A stretch of 63,449 bases of DNA from positions 1 through 63,449 of IMG/VR virus record IMGVR_UViG_3300009161_000047. One strand, written 5' to 3'. The notes beneath the pieces are model-generated. The model was given only the letters and a program-made list of their open reading frames with translations. It was not told the origin of the DNA and ran no database searches. Position numbers and translations under genes: made by a program. Origin of the DNA: a virus (taxonomy: Duplodnaviria > Caudoviricetes). This document shows positions 29,414 through 38,813 of this stretch, in pieces; within the stretch, counting starts at the first letter, position 1, and each line of letters begins with the position of its first letter.

Positions 29414-31231
29414 TTATTCTACTTTCATATTTATATTGACATCAGTGTCTACGATAACAAGAATATTGTTTCTTAATGATGATACAGTATATTCAACAGG
29501 CTCTGCGATTACATCTATTGTTTTATCTACATTTATTACTGAAGAAGGTTTGAAATTTAATATCTTAACTAATCCTGTATTATAGTTAATTGTTCCACTG
29601 TTTGTCTTTAAGATAACTTTGTTTCCAGAATCCATTTTATATATTCGGATTAAACCAGAAGAATCATCTTCAATAAAGAAATCGTTATTAGAAGCTCCAA
29701 GAGTTGAATCATTTAAAGCTTTAAATGCCGCAGCAGAATGAAATGATCCTGGTCTTAGAGGATTCTGGAAATCGATTGTATATGTCTGTGTAATATCTAT
29801 TGATACAGGGAAATTCTTTCTTAATTTAATTTGAGAGTAATTTGAAATAATAGAATTTTCAGTTTTATCTATATCATTCACGAATTTAGAATACGAGAAT
29901 CGTGTACCGAATTTCAACAATTCATCAGAACTGTATCTCATTATCTTAGCTAAAATTAGAGATTTCAATTCAGCAGAAGTGAACATAGTTCTCTTTGCAT
30001 TAAACAGAACTGAAGCATTTATTTGTATAAAAGTGAAATCTGCATCTACTATTTCAGGAATGATTGTTAATACATTCTTAGTTTCTATGATATTTGTAAT
30101 GATTTCTTGTTTAACTGCATTTGTAATTCTAAATCCTCTTTTTGGTTTGAAAGAGATAAACACTTTTCCATAAATTGGTGGGATGTTATCTTGTCCACCC
30201 CAAACCGAAATAGATTCTGCTTGTGGATAATCTCGTTCTAAGAAGAACCGATAATCTTCGGCAGTTACTGCTCTTCCTTGCGTCGAGAAATTATTTAAAG
30301 CACTTGTACGAATTGATTCAATATTTTCTTCGGAAGAACCACCATAAGTGGTTTCGATATTGTTAAAAACAAGATCAGATGAGCCAAATGATTGAGCTCC
30401 TGTTCTTCCTGCACCAATAGTATCAGAAAGAGTTAATTTAGATATACCATTTGCAGCTTCACCAGAAGAAGTTTGGAAAGTGATTATAATAGTTCCACCT
30501 TCAGGTTTCATTCCTAGAACTCCATCACCAAATTGAATTACATAATTTCTATTTGTAGATTCAAATAGATAATAGATCTGAGATTCTTTGTCTAAGATTG
30601 TGATATCAGAAACTAGATTATATGTTTGTGTATTACCACTAGTACCAGCTTCTATATTGAACACTTCAATAGATTCTGTATCTATGTTGAAATTATTAAT
30701 GTAAAATTTATTTACAGGAATACCATCTCCATCTGTTGCGTCATACTGGATAGATAATCTAGTTCCTTCTCGTAATTCGACATCTGTAAATAGATATCTA
30801 GATCCATCTGACAAAGCCGATATTGCGCTTGTTGGTTGGAAGATAAATGAAGTACCATCGATATCACCAACAAATTTTGTTGTTTTTTCTAAAGTAAGAG
30901 CAGTATTAGGAGAATCTGTAGTTGGGATTGTGAAAGTTACTTTTGTTTTCGATGATTTCTTAGATTTAGGTGTGTATCCTAAATTTCTTGCTATAGAAAC
31001 TACGGAAGATCTCAATTGAGCAGTATCAATAAAATTCTCATTCATCGCCATATTAAGATACACTGCATTATAATGTGTATTATAAGCAAGTATATCCATT
31101 ATAATGGATAATCCGGATCCTTCGTAATTGTAATCAGTAAATGATGAATTATTCGCAATATACGCAGCAATATTACCACGAATTGTTTCGAAATCTAATT
31201 CAGAAACTAGATTTACTGTTTTATTTGGCAT
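29414..31231 (-). CDS. 6: Baseplate wedge protein gp6
   Basis: 'ELDFE.I...FTDYNYEGSGLS..MDILAYNTHYNA', 'QGRAVTAEDY', 'VWGGQDN.PP.YGKVFIS'. Confidence 0.96.
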   Translation of the reverse strand: MPNKTVNLVSELDFETIRGNIAAYIANNSSFTDYNYEGSGLSIIMDILAYNTHYNAVYLNMAMNENFIDTAQLRSSVVSIARNLGYTPKSKKSSKTKVTFTIPTTDSPNTALTLEKTTKFVGDIDGTSFIFQPTSAISALSDGSRYLFTDVELREGTRLSIQYDATDGDGIPVNKFYINNFNIDTESIEVFNIEAGTSGNTQTYNLVSDITILDKESQIYYLFESTNRNYVIQFGDGVLGMKPEGGTIIITFQTSSGEAANGISKLTLSDTIGAGRTGAQSFGSSDLVFNNIETTYGGSSEENIESIRTSALNNFSTQGRAVTAEDYRFFLERDYPQAESISVWGGQDNIPPIYGKVFISFKPKRGFRITNAVKQEIITNIIETKNVLTIIPEIVDADFTFIQINASVLFNAKRTMFTSAELKSLILAKIMRYSSDELLKFGTRFSYSKFVNDIDKTENSIISNYSQIKLRKNFPVSIDITQTYTIDFQNPLRPGSFHSAAAFKALNDSTLGASNNDFFIEDDSSGLIRIYKMDSGNKVILKTNSGTINYNTGLVKILNFKPSSVINVDKTIDVIAEPVEYTVSSLRNNILVIVDTDVNINMKVE

Positions 31232-31629
31232 TATCTGACTCTCTCTAGATTTACTCTAACAGATACCTGGTCTTGGACATTTACTATATTGAAGAATATT
31301 TCAATATCAAGAGAATGGTTATCTATAGATTGTTTGACATTAACATTAATTATTCTTGCTCTTGGTTCGAAATTATTTATCACAGTTCGAATAGCAGTCT
31401 CAAGAATAATAGAAGTTTCAACACAGAAATTTTCGAATAGCGAACCATATACACCAGAGCCTATTTCTGGATGAAATACTCTCTCAGAAAAATTAGTCAT
31501 AACTAATGTTCTTACTGATCTCTTGACTGCATCAACATCTGTTAGTGTATAGATATCAGAAGTTTTTGGATTTTTTATTAGAGATATGTCGATATCTCTG
31601 TATCTATTTTGTAATGTTGTGGTGGCCAT
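31231..31629 (-). CDS. 25: Baseplate wedge protein gp25
   Basis: 'YRDID...AVKRSVR.LV.TN..ER.FHPEIGS...LFE...FEPR'. Confidence 0.95.
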   Translation of the reverse strand: MATTTLQNRYRDIDISLIKNPKTSDIYTLTDVDAVKRSVRTLVMTNFSERVFHPEIGSGVYGSLFENFCVETSIILETAIRTVINNFEPRARIINVNVKQSIDNHSLDIEIFFNIVNVQDQVSVRVNLERVR

Positions 31630-31676
31630 ATTGATATTTATTGCCTTAGAAAATTTATTCTAGAATACATAGAAGT

Positions 31677-32564
31677 CTATAGAAACGGTAGTTTTGGAAT
31701 GCTTTTGAGAGCAGCATACGTGGCGTTTATTGTATCTATTGTTGTGTTTATAGAAGCGTATATTGTATAATATTCTGAATTTCTCGGATCTATTGCTGCT
31801 GGTAATTTTGGAATCTCTTTATGCCCTTTTCTTTTATCCTTAAACATTTTGCCTATATCTTTAATGTTGTTTGCAATATCCTTAACATTATCCACAGTAT
31901 TAACTAAATTATTTGCAATATTAGCCACTGCTGCAGCAGTATTTGCAACGTCATTAATTTGACTTAATGCAGAAGTAACATTATTAATTGCACCTGTTGC
32001 GTCTACACCAAGATTACCAATAGATGATGCCAAACCATTAATTGAAGATAATGAAGCTGCAATACCAGAAATACCACCACCTATATAATCATTCAGATCA
32101 CCAATCGCTTCCTGAACATCAGAAGGAGTATTGGTTATACTTGTATTATTTTGGTTAATATCTATAACATCCACCCATGAATCTGAAGTTCTTAATAGGG
32201 AAGAAGATTGAAAATTAAGAGTTGCAGTTAATCCTTCTATTTGGAAAAGAGATTGTTGAAAATTACCACTAGTTAGATTTTGTGAAAGAGATTGCAATGC
32301 ATTAGCAGTATTCTGTACTTGAGAAATTTGGCTGACAGAAGATCTTAGAGCAGCAGTAACATCATCAGATATTAAACCTTCGCTTGATAATAATCCGATT
32401 GAATCGAATGCAGCATAACTTACTGTTCTCCATGAAACTGGTCTGTTAATAAATGGTGCAGCTATAGCTGCAATTTCTGCAGCAATAGCAGCGGCTCTAT
32501 AAATTTTAAGTAATTTAGCATTATTAGTTGCAAATGAAATTACTGGTAAACTTGGTATTGGCAT
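31677..32564 (-). CDS. Hypothetical protein between gp5 and gp25 (Ala/Asn/Ser-rich, probably virion-associated)
   Basis: 295-aa ORF co-oriented within the baseplate block; no recognised motif. Confidence 0.55.
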   Translation of the reverse strand: MPIPSLPVISFATNNAKLLKIYRAAAIAAEIAAIAAPFINRPVSWRTVSYAAFDSIGLLSSEGLISDDVTAALRSSVSQISQVQNTANALQSLSQNLTSGNFQQSLFQIEGLTATLNFQSSSLLRTSDSWVDVIDINQNNTSITNTPSDVQEAIGDLNDYIGGGISGIAASLSSINGLASSIGNLGVDATGAINNVTSALSQINDVANTAAAVANIANNLVNTVDNVKDIANNIKDIGKMFKDKRKGHKEIPKLPAAIDPRNSEYYTIYASINTTIDTINATYAALKSIPKLPFL

Positions 32565-32568
32565 GGTT

Positions 32569-33987
32569 TTATACTGGTGGAACTGGCACCGGCTTCGGGC
32601 CCACTGGATCGAATAACGGTTTACCGAGTGGTTGCGTTTTTGGTATCAGTCTGGTAACAATTGGTGATTCCGAATTAATACTGATCTTTGCAGATAAATT
32701 AATCTGTGAAGTAGTCGAGTTTAGATTCAATAATGTACCTGCTGTAACAGATGTTAGCAGTTTTGATCCAACAGATGTTTTCGCATCTGATTGGATAGTT
32801 GTAGTTTTACCATCAACAAGTGTTTGGAGATTCGAACCAACAATTGTTTCTGTAGCCGAATATAACTTAGCACCTGCTGTTGTTGATGAAATATTCATTC
32901 CCAATTTAGATGTCAGAGTAAGGGTTGATGTGTTTGATGTCAAATTTATCGATCCTTTGGTTGAATCAGGTGCGCCAGCGGAAACACTAAAATTTTCATC
33001 ACAAGATATTCTAGTTGAACCAGCTGAGTTTATATTAATGTCCCCACCAGCTTTCATCACAATATCTTTCACAGCATCTATAGTTATATTCTCATTACAA
33101 AAAATAGTAGTGTCTTTCTTAGCGTGAATTGTTAATTTATTATTCGCTTCTACGTTTATATCGTTTCCAGCGTATATATTAACTCTTCCTTCTGCAGTTA
33201 TATTGACAGATCCTGTAACAAAAATATGATCATCACCTAAAACGATTGTATAATTTTCTCCATTAATCTTCGTTATCTTGTGTGCTTTGCCCTTTTCCTC
33301 ATAAACTTCATAGAAAGTTCCGCATGGATGGTACTCATGTATTCTTCTATGATCTGGTGTGTCATCCCATTCTTTAACTATTCCACCTTCAGTTTGGAAT
33401 ACTTTATTAAATGGATATTGTGCACTATATGGAGGCTTGGGTTCCAACCATTCTGTATCTGTATCTCTTGGTCCACCATTTTCTGATTCTCCCTGGAGTG
33501 CAACTCGAATTGGTTCTCCTTTATTAGCAAGATTCTTTTTTCTCTGTTCAATTACTGTTTTATCTATCTTTTCATTTCTTGCTAATCTATTAGTATCTGG
33601 CTCTTTTAAATGATCTTCTTCAGGATAATGTGCTAATGGATCTGAGAAACCGATATTGGATCTAGCTTTTTCTTGAGGGATTCCACCAATAGTTCCAAAA
33701 ACTACAGGTTCTTGACAATTTTCACCATCTCTGAAGAAACCGATTACCCATGTTCCTTCAACACACCCAACAGGAGCTTCTCCTATCCCATTCATTGAAG
33801 CCGAAGATATTGGCATAATAGGAAATGCCCAAGGTAAATCTTTCGTCGGAATTTTCGTTTTATCTTCTGTATGATATCCAAGAATTCTTACACGAAGTCT
33901 TCCCAATTTCTGAGGATCCATTCTATCTTCAACGACACCTTGAAACCAAACAAAACGATCGTATCCCAAAAATCCATTACTAATCAT
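32569..33987 (-). CDS. 5: Baseplate hub central spike gp5 (OB-fold plus beta-helix, no lysozyme domain seen)
   Basis: 'WFQGVVEDRMDP.KLGRLRVR..G.H...LPWA', 'GTWVIGFFRDG...Q.P', 'YPFN.V..TE.G...EWDDTP...RIHEYH..GTFYE'. Confidence 0.93.
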   Translation of the reverse strand: MISNGFLGYDRFVWFQGVVEDRMDPQKLGRLRVRILGYHTEDKTKIPTKDLPWAFPIMPISSASMNGIGEAPVGCVEGTWVIGFFRDGENCQEPVVFGTIGGIPQEKARSNIGFSDPLAHYPEEDHLKEPDTNRLARNEKIDKTVIEQRKKNLANKGEPIRVALQGESENGGPRDTDTEWLEPKPPYSAQYPFNKVFQTEGGIVKEWDDTPDHRRIHEYHPCGTFYEVYEEKGKAHKITKINGENYTIVLGDDHIFVTGSVNITAEGRVNIYAGNDINVEANNKLTIHAKKDTTIFCNENITIDAVKDIVMKAGGDININSAGSTRISCDENFSVSAGAPDSTKGSINLTSNTSTLTLTSKLGMNISSTTAGAKLYSATETIVGSNLQTLVDGKTTTIQSDAKTSVGSKLLTSVTAGTLLNLNSTTSQINLSAKISINSESPIVTRLIPKTQPLGKPLFDPVGPKPVPVPPV

Positions 33988-35342
33988 TATTTCACCTCCG
34001 CTGCAATAGTTTCTTTACAACACTCTAGAGTTATGGTATATTGGACTTTAGTAATAGTGTGTCTAATATGCGTGATTAATAAATTTCCTTTATAATAGGT
34101 ATCCATTTTATTTTCGCCCCCAGTTTCAGGTGAAGGTAAATCGAAATACACTATGTCCCCAGATTCTAATGTACAATCACCAGGTAACGTGATTCTTACT
34201 CTAAATAAATCTAAAGAAGCTAATCTGTGTGATCTAATCGAAGATATGTTTTCAGTAAAATTTGGATTTTCTAGAGTTCCAGTAGGATTATATATTATGA
34301 GAGATTCTTTATAATTCTTAGAATTAAAACGGTTGTTTTTAGAATCTGTTAATCCAGGGAACATTTTAAATTCTTCTAGGTGATAGAATTTATCGAAGCC
34401 ATCATCATAATTAAATACTGTTTTTTTCCAAGTCTTAGTTGTTATGTCATGTGATATTAGAGTGCTATTATATAACCCATTAGCATTATTTGTTAGGGTA
34501 TTGAAAGAATTCACAACTTCATAATTATATGCATTGGCATATTGGTAGTCTAGTTCTGGTGTGTCAATGCCAACATTTCCAGGTCTGAAATAGATCTTTT
34601 TTCTGGCATCATAAGCAAGAAGATCATCTAAAGATAAAAACCAGAATTTATTGCTAGTTGTTTCGGTATATCTTGATTTGGTGTATGAAGATCTGTCTCC
34701 TGATGTTGGACCATCATTATATAGAGTTTGGAAGAAAAAGAAAGTTGGTGTGTTATATTCTGCAGAAATTGCTCTAGAAGCTAACCAATTTATAGTCTTT
34801 AATGGAGTCCAATTAGGTATAACAACATTTGCATTTCTAACAGTCTTTTCAAATTCATATGTGTCGGGGAGCCCGAATTCAGAAAATACTTTCTCTACTA
34901 TGTAATCTACATTGTAGTCAGTGAAAGATTTCGATATTCGAATATTTCTATCAAGAACGAATTCTTCTGAAACAAAATGGATCTCATATGATTGAGATCT
35001 TTCATTAATCATTGTTCTGTTCTTGATATCTATCACTCTTCCAACAAAGATAATGTTTTTGATTGTAGGTTTGACTGCTTTGTCTTTTTTGGTTATTGCC
35101 TGTTGCGACGCATGATCTCCCACAGAAACTTCAATAACAATTGCTTCATTACCCATAATAGGTAAAGGATTTGAACCAGATATTAGATTAAGAGCATCGT
35201 TGACAGTTACCCAACCAGTTAATGATGCAGAATAGATAGATTCAAAGATATTAATCTCAGTGAAAACAGCAGATAAATTAACAGATGTTTTCTCACCTAT
35301 TATGACTAATTGTTTTATCGAATAATTACCTGCTTGTATCAT
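33987..35342 (-). CDS. Baseplate hub protein, gp27-like
   Basis: 'EINIFESI....LTG...VND..NL', 'VIPNWTPLKTINWLASRA', 'PGD..L.SGD...F..P', 'YKGNLLITHIRH'; sits between gp53 and gp5. Confidence 0.65.
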   Translation of the reverse strand: MIQAGNYSIKQLVIIGEKTSVNLSAVFTEINIFESIYSASLTGWVTVNDALNLISGSNPLPIMGNEAIVIEVSVGDHASQQAITKKDKAVKPTIKNIIFVGRVIDIKNRTMINERSQSYEIHFVSEEFVLDRNIRISKSFTDYNVDYIVEKVFSEFGLPDTYEFEKTVRNANVVIPNWTPLKTINWLASRAISAEYNTPTFFFFQTLYNDGPTSGDRSSYTKSRYTETTSNKFWFLSLDDLLAYDARKKIYFRPGNVGIDTPELDYQYANAYNYEVVNSFNTLTNNANGLYNSTLISHDITTKTWKKTVFNYDDGFDKFYHLEEFKMFPGLTDSKNNRFNSKNYKESLIIYNPTGTLENPNFTENISSIRSHRLASLDLFRVRITLPGDCTLESGDIVYFDLPSPETGGENKMDTYYKGNLLITHIRHTITKVQYTITLECCKETIAAEVK

Positions 35343-35346
35343 GGTA

Positions 35347-35952
35347 TTATAGTAAAGAGCGAAATGTGTCTACAAAAATACCAATATAACTACTATTGCA
35401 AACTAAAATATTTCTTTTCGCCTCGTTGGCTTCTTCTTCAATTTCGTAATTGCTCTTGCTATATTTCATTAATCTGCCATTCTCAGATACTGCTCTCGAA
35501 GTCTGTGAACTTATATTCGTATAGAGATAATTGTTTACGGGAACTTCTAAAAAATAATTTTTATCTTCTACTAAATCATCTGAAAATCTTTCGTAAGATT
35601 CTCTGATGAAATATTTGTAAGTCGTCTGTGCACCAGAAATGGACCCGTATTTATCTGCAATATAATCTTCAAATTCACCATATTGTAGAGGAAAATCATA
35701 AAATCTATCAAATTTATTATTGATGATCATTATCGTCCAATAATACATTGGTGTTTTATACAGGTCATTAGATATGGATTCTATATCTTCACCTGCCCTG
35801 ATAAAGTATTTGTAGAAAATACTTTTATCGTCGATTAATGATTCGCGTCTAACTATTCTTGTTGTTATATTCTTAAGAATTAAATTAACATTTCCTGTTT
35901 CGTCCACGAAATTTGGATATAACACATATGGGAAAGATGAGAAATATGTCAT
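35347..35952 (-). CDS. 53: Baseplate wedge protein gp53
   Basis: 'YFSSFP...Y', LysM-like 'GE..E.IS..LY....YYWTIMIIN', 'SNYE.EEEANEAKRNI'. Confidence 0.88.
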   Translation of the reverse strand: MTYFSSFPYVLYPNFVDETGNVNLILKNITTRIVRRESLIDDKSIFYKYFIRAGEDIESISNDLYKTPMYYWTIMIINNKFDRFYDFPLQYGEFEDYIADKYGSISGAQTTYKYFIRESYERFSDDLVEDKNYFLEVPVNNYLYTNISSQTSRAVSENGRLMKYSKSNYEIEEEANEAKRNILVCNSSYIGIFVDTFRSLL

Positions 35953-35953
35953 A

Positions 35954-36859
35954 TTAGAAAGTCACCCCTGTTTCCTTTTCGATTGCTGCCCTATCCAAAA
36001 TTTCAGTTTCTTGGAAAGTCATTGAAATTGAAATTTCTACCGGGGCATTTGTGTCTTTAAATGTGACGAAATTTTTACCATAAGAAACTTGCAAATCTTT
36101 GAGAATGCATCTTTTGGTTTTAAAGAGATATTTGTTTTGAGGTGTAGATGTAGTATAAAACAGTAATTCGAATTCAGAAGGAAATTTAAATAACAGAGAT
36201 GCAGCAGCTAGTTCTGGATGCATCGAAATCTTTAGAGCCTTTATTATGTCTTTAATTGACTCTGAATCTTTTTCATTCTTTGCAACCAATTCATATGCGA
36301 ATTTAAATTCTCTAAATTTGACACCATTTAAGAGTAACTCTTGGTGAGGATTAACTGACAATCCTGCTTGTATACCTAAAAGTTTTGCCCCACTTTTTGC
36401 TACGTCTCCACTTGCGGCGGCAATACCAGCGGAGGCGATCTTCCCTATCATACCAGCTTTCCCCTTAAAAAGAGATAAAATGTTGGCGGTGCCAGTGACC
36501 ACACCACCAACAACAGAAGCACCCAAGTCAGTTACCGACTCTTCACTATAATTAATGGTGTAATTTGTATCCAATGATAGAGGCATCGGTAGAAAGATAG
36601 TATAGTCACTCTTATTATTATACAATGTCGATCTTCTGTTAACAGCTCCTGGAATGAAATTTTCAGCAACGCCGGGGATGGCAATGACTCCGGTGCTGTA
36701 CGCCACAGCACCAGCCACATCCTTAAGAACAGATGTTCCAACAGCTGTTACAACATTTGACTCATTTTTGAAGATATTAATACACAATCTATTATTACCA
36801 TATCTATTAGATTCGGCTGTTAGATCAGAAGGATATGTGAAGATTTTGGTTTCGGCCAT
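35954..36859 (-). CDS. 48: Baseplate tail tube cap gp48
   Basis: 'I.LPMP', 'NPHQELL..G..FREF.F.Y.L.AKNE.DS..I..II', 'FKFPSEF', 'C.L....V.Y', 'P.EI...MTFQETEI'. Confidence 0.85.
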   Translation of the reverse strand: MAETKIFTYPSDLTAESNRYGNNRLCINIFKNESNVVTAVGTSVLKDVAGAVAYSTGVIAIPGVAENFIPGAVNRRSTLYNNKSDYTIFLPMPLSLDTNYTINYSEESVTDLGASVVGGVVTGTANILSLFKGKAGMIGKIASAGIAAASGDVAKSGAKLLGIQAGLSVNPHQELLLNGVKFREFKFAYELVAKNEKDSESIKDIIKALKISMHPELAAASLLFKFPSEFELLFYTTSTPQNKYLFKTKRCILKDLQVSYGKNFVTFKDTNAPVEISISMTFQETEILDRAAIEKETGVTF

Positions 36860-36865
36860 ATATTC

Positions 36866-37303
36866 TTATTTATTAAACAATTCTTTCTCGGTTAAAACTA
36901 GAAATTCCATGCCAGCCTTCTTTGCGAATTCTTTTGCATATTTCCATTTCGCCTGATTAACCAAGTAAGTGTGTACGCTAGACACATATGATTCGGTTAT
37001 TTTTTTTGGTCTTTTCGGTTCAATAGTTTGTGCATATGGTTTTACTTCTACAAGATATTTTTTATTAATTCCTTCCTTAGTTCTAACTATGAAATGGAAA
37101 TCCACATAATATCTGTGTGCCTTTCCATCTAATGGTGAAATGTAAGGAACAACAATCTCTTCCGATCCATATTCTAATATAGCTGGATTAGTATCAAGAT
37201 ATTTTAAGAATCTTAATTCCCAGGTAGATCTCCAAATAATATTCGTTGGATCCCCTTTATATTTGTTTGGTGATTTTGGAGTGAAACGACCCGAATATGC
37301 CAT
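36866..37303 (-). CDS. 4: Head completion nuclease gp4
   Basis: 'MAYSGRF.PK.PNKYKGDP.NII.RS.WE', 'HRYYVDF', 'EVKP..QT', 'NQAKW..A', 'F.VLTEKEL'. Start reassigned to ATG 37303. Confidence 0.93.
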   Translation of the reverse strand: MAYSGRFTPKSPNKYKGDPTNIIWRSTWELRFLKYLDTNPAILEYGSEEIVVPYISPLDGKAHRYYVDFHFIVRTKEGINKKYLVEVKPYAQTIEPKRPKKITESYVSSVHTYLVNQAKWKYAKEFAKKAGMEFLVLTEKELFNK

Positions 37304-37308
37304 TATTA

Positions 37309-37323
37309 TATTTAGTATAAATA
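37309..37323. promoter_or_regulatory. Divergent late promoters (CTAAATA on minus, TATAAATA on plus)
   Basis: The 26-bp gap between gp4 and gp54 holds tatttag and tataaata, each 5-6 nt from an ATG. Confidence 0.7.
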
Positions 37324-37329
37324 ATAGAA

Positions 37330-37902
37330 ATGGGATCATTAAACGAATTCAAAGCCAATTTAGAAAAATTCGGAACAGTCAGACAATCTAGATTCGAAGT
37401 CACAATACCAGGTATATATTCTCTAGATCTGAAGTTCAGATGCGAATCAGTCAATATTCCTGGTATACAGATTCTAACCAAAGATTTCAATTTATATGGT
37501 GGTCAACCAATAGTAAAAATACCGAACGGAAGATCTAACGAAGAAATTCAGATGACTTTTCTTGCTATGCAAGATATGAGAGATAGATATTTTTTCGAAG
37601 AATGGATTTCTGACATTTCAGATTTCGGAACAAATAATGTTGCTTATTATGACAACGTTGCTAAATCTATTTCGATAACTATATTTAATGAAAAGGGGTC
37701 AACAGCTGAATTGGTCTCAGTATATACTGTAGAATTAGCTAAAGCAATTCCAACACGTGTTGAGATGATACAAGTTGCATGGAAAGATTATGATACTTTG
37801 TTATCATACTCTGTTAGTTTTTCATATGAATCTTTAGTTATCAAAAGCTCTGGAAATATTTCAGAAAGACCATTCCAACATTTAGATAAAGTACAAAAAT
37901 AA
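37330..37902 (+). CDS. 54: Baseplate-tail tube initiator gp54 (gp19-like fold)
   Basis: 'RQSRFEV.I', 'CESVNIPG', 'YG....KIP', 'MTF....DM..RYFFEEW'. Confidence 0.75.
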   Translation: MGSLNEFKANLEKFGTVRQSRFEVTIPGIYSLDLKFRCESVNIPGIQILTKDFNLYGGQPIVKIPNGRSNEEIQMTFLAMQDMRDRYFFEEWISDISDFGTNNVAYYDNVAKSISITIFNEKGSTAELVSVYTVELAKAIPTRVEMIQVAWKDYDTLLSYSVSFSYESLVIKSSGNISERPFQHLDKVQK

Positions 37903-37911
37903 GGATAAATT

Positions 37912-38631
37912 ATGTTACCTAAATTATCGCACCCAAGTTATGAAGTGAAGATCCCTTCTAACAAAAAGACTTATAAGTTCAGACCATATACGGTCAAAGA
38001 ACAAAAGATTCTGCTCATGATGCAAGAATCAGAATCCATTGAAGATATAACTAGGACTATCACTGATCTCATTGAATCCTGTTCAATAAATCCATTCTCC
38101 ACAAAGTCTCTGACTTATTTTGATATCGAATTTCTTTTCATGAAGATTCGTTCTAAATCAGTTGGTGAAACAACTAAAATGTCATTTAAGTGTAATAATA
38201 TTGTAGATGATGTAGTTTGTGGAACAGTTAACGAATTCGAAGTTTCTTTAGACGATGTCGAAGTTTCTTTTGCAAACTCATCATCAAATGAGATACTAGT
38301 TGCAAAGGATACATTCATTAAATTACGTTATCCGAGTGCGGAATCGGCAAAATATTTAGAACTATATAATAAAACGAAAGAAATAAAATATTTCGTTTCA
38401 GCTGTGGCTGAAGATTTAGAAACTATCATGGATTCGGAAAAGGTTTATGATGATTTCACACAAGAAGAATTAACTGAATTTATAAATTCTTTAGATTTAA
38501 CCGTATTCAAAAGTATATTAGAATTCTATGTTAATACACCAAAATTAACCAAAGAAATTTCCTTTAATTGCAAAAAATGCAAATATTCTGAAACTATTGT
38601 ATTGTCCGGTTTATCTGATTTTTTCGTATAG
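37912..38631 (+). CDS. 26: Baseplate hub assembly chaperone gp26
   Basis: 'MLPKL..PSYE..IPS....KFRPYTVKEQKILL', 'FDIEFLF.KIRSKSVGE', CxxC motifs, C-terminal 'GLSDFF'. Confidence 0.92.
   Translation: MLPKLSHPSYEVKIPSNKKTYKFRPYTVKEQKILLMMQESESIEDITRTITDLIESCSINPFSTKSLTYFDIEFLFMKIRSKSVGETTKMSFKCNNIVDDVVCGTVNEFEVSLDDVEVSFANSSSNEILVAKDTFIKLRYPSAESAKYLELYNKTKEIKYFVSAVAEDLETIMDSEKVYDDFTQEELTEFINSLDLTVFKSILEFYVNTPKLTKEISFNCKKCKYSETIVLSGLSDFFV
38619..38625 (+). promoter_or_regulatory. Putative -1 programmed ribosomal frameshift site T TTT TTC
   Basis: Canonical X XXY YYZ heptamer in the gp26 frame; the -1 frame opens right after TGA 38616-38618 and runs without a stop into gp51. Confidence 0.65.
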
Positions 38632-38651
38632 CTATTAATAATGATAATTTG

Positions 38652-38813
38652 ATGAATTACTATATGAGTAATTTTACTATGGCGCAGTTCTATCACTACT
38701 CTCTTTCTGAACTAGACGATATGTATCCTTGGGAAAGAGAAGTTTATATGACTTTGTTGAACAAACATATCGAAGAAGAGAACGAACGAAGAAAGAATGC
38801 CAAAAACAAATAA
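38652..38813 (+). CDS. 51: Baseplate hub assembly protein gp51-like (53 aa; not in ORF track)
   Basis: Translates MNYYMSNFTMAQFYHYSLSELDDMYPWEREVYMTLLNKHIEEENERRKNAKNK; 'YSL.EL..M.PWERE.Y' is the T4-like gp51 signature. Confidence 0.88.
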   Translation: MNYYMSNFTMAQFYHYSLSELDDMYPWEREVYMTLLNKHIEEENERRKNAKNK

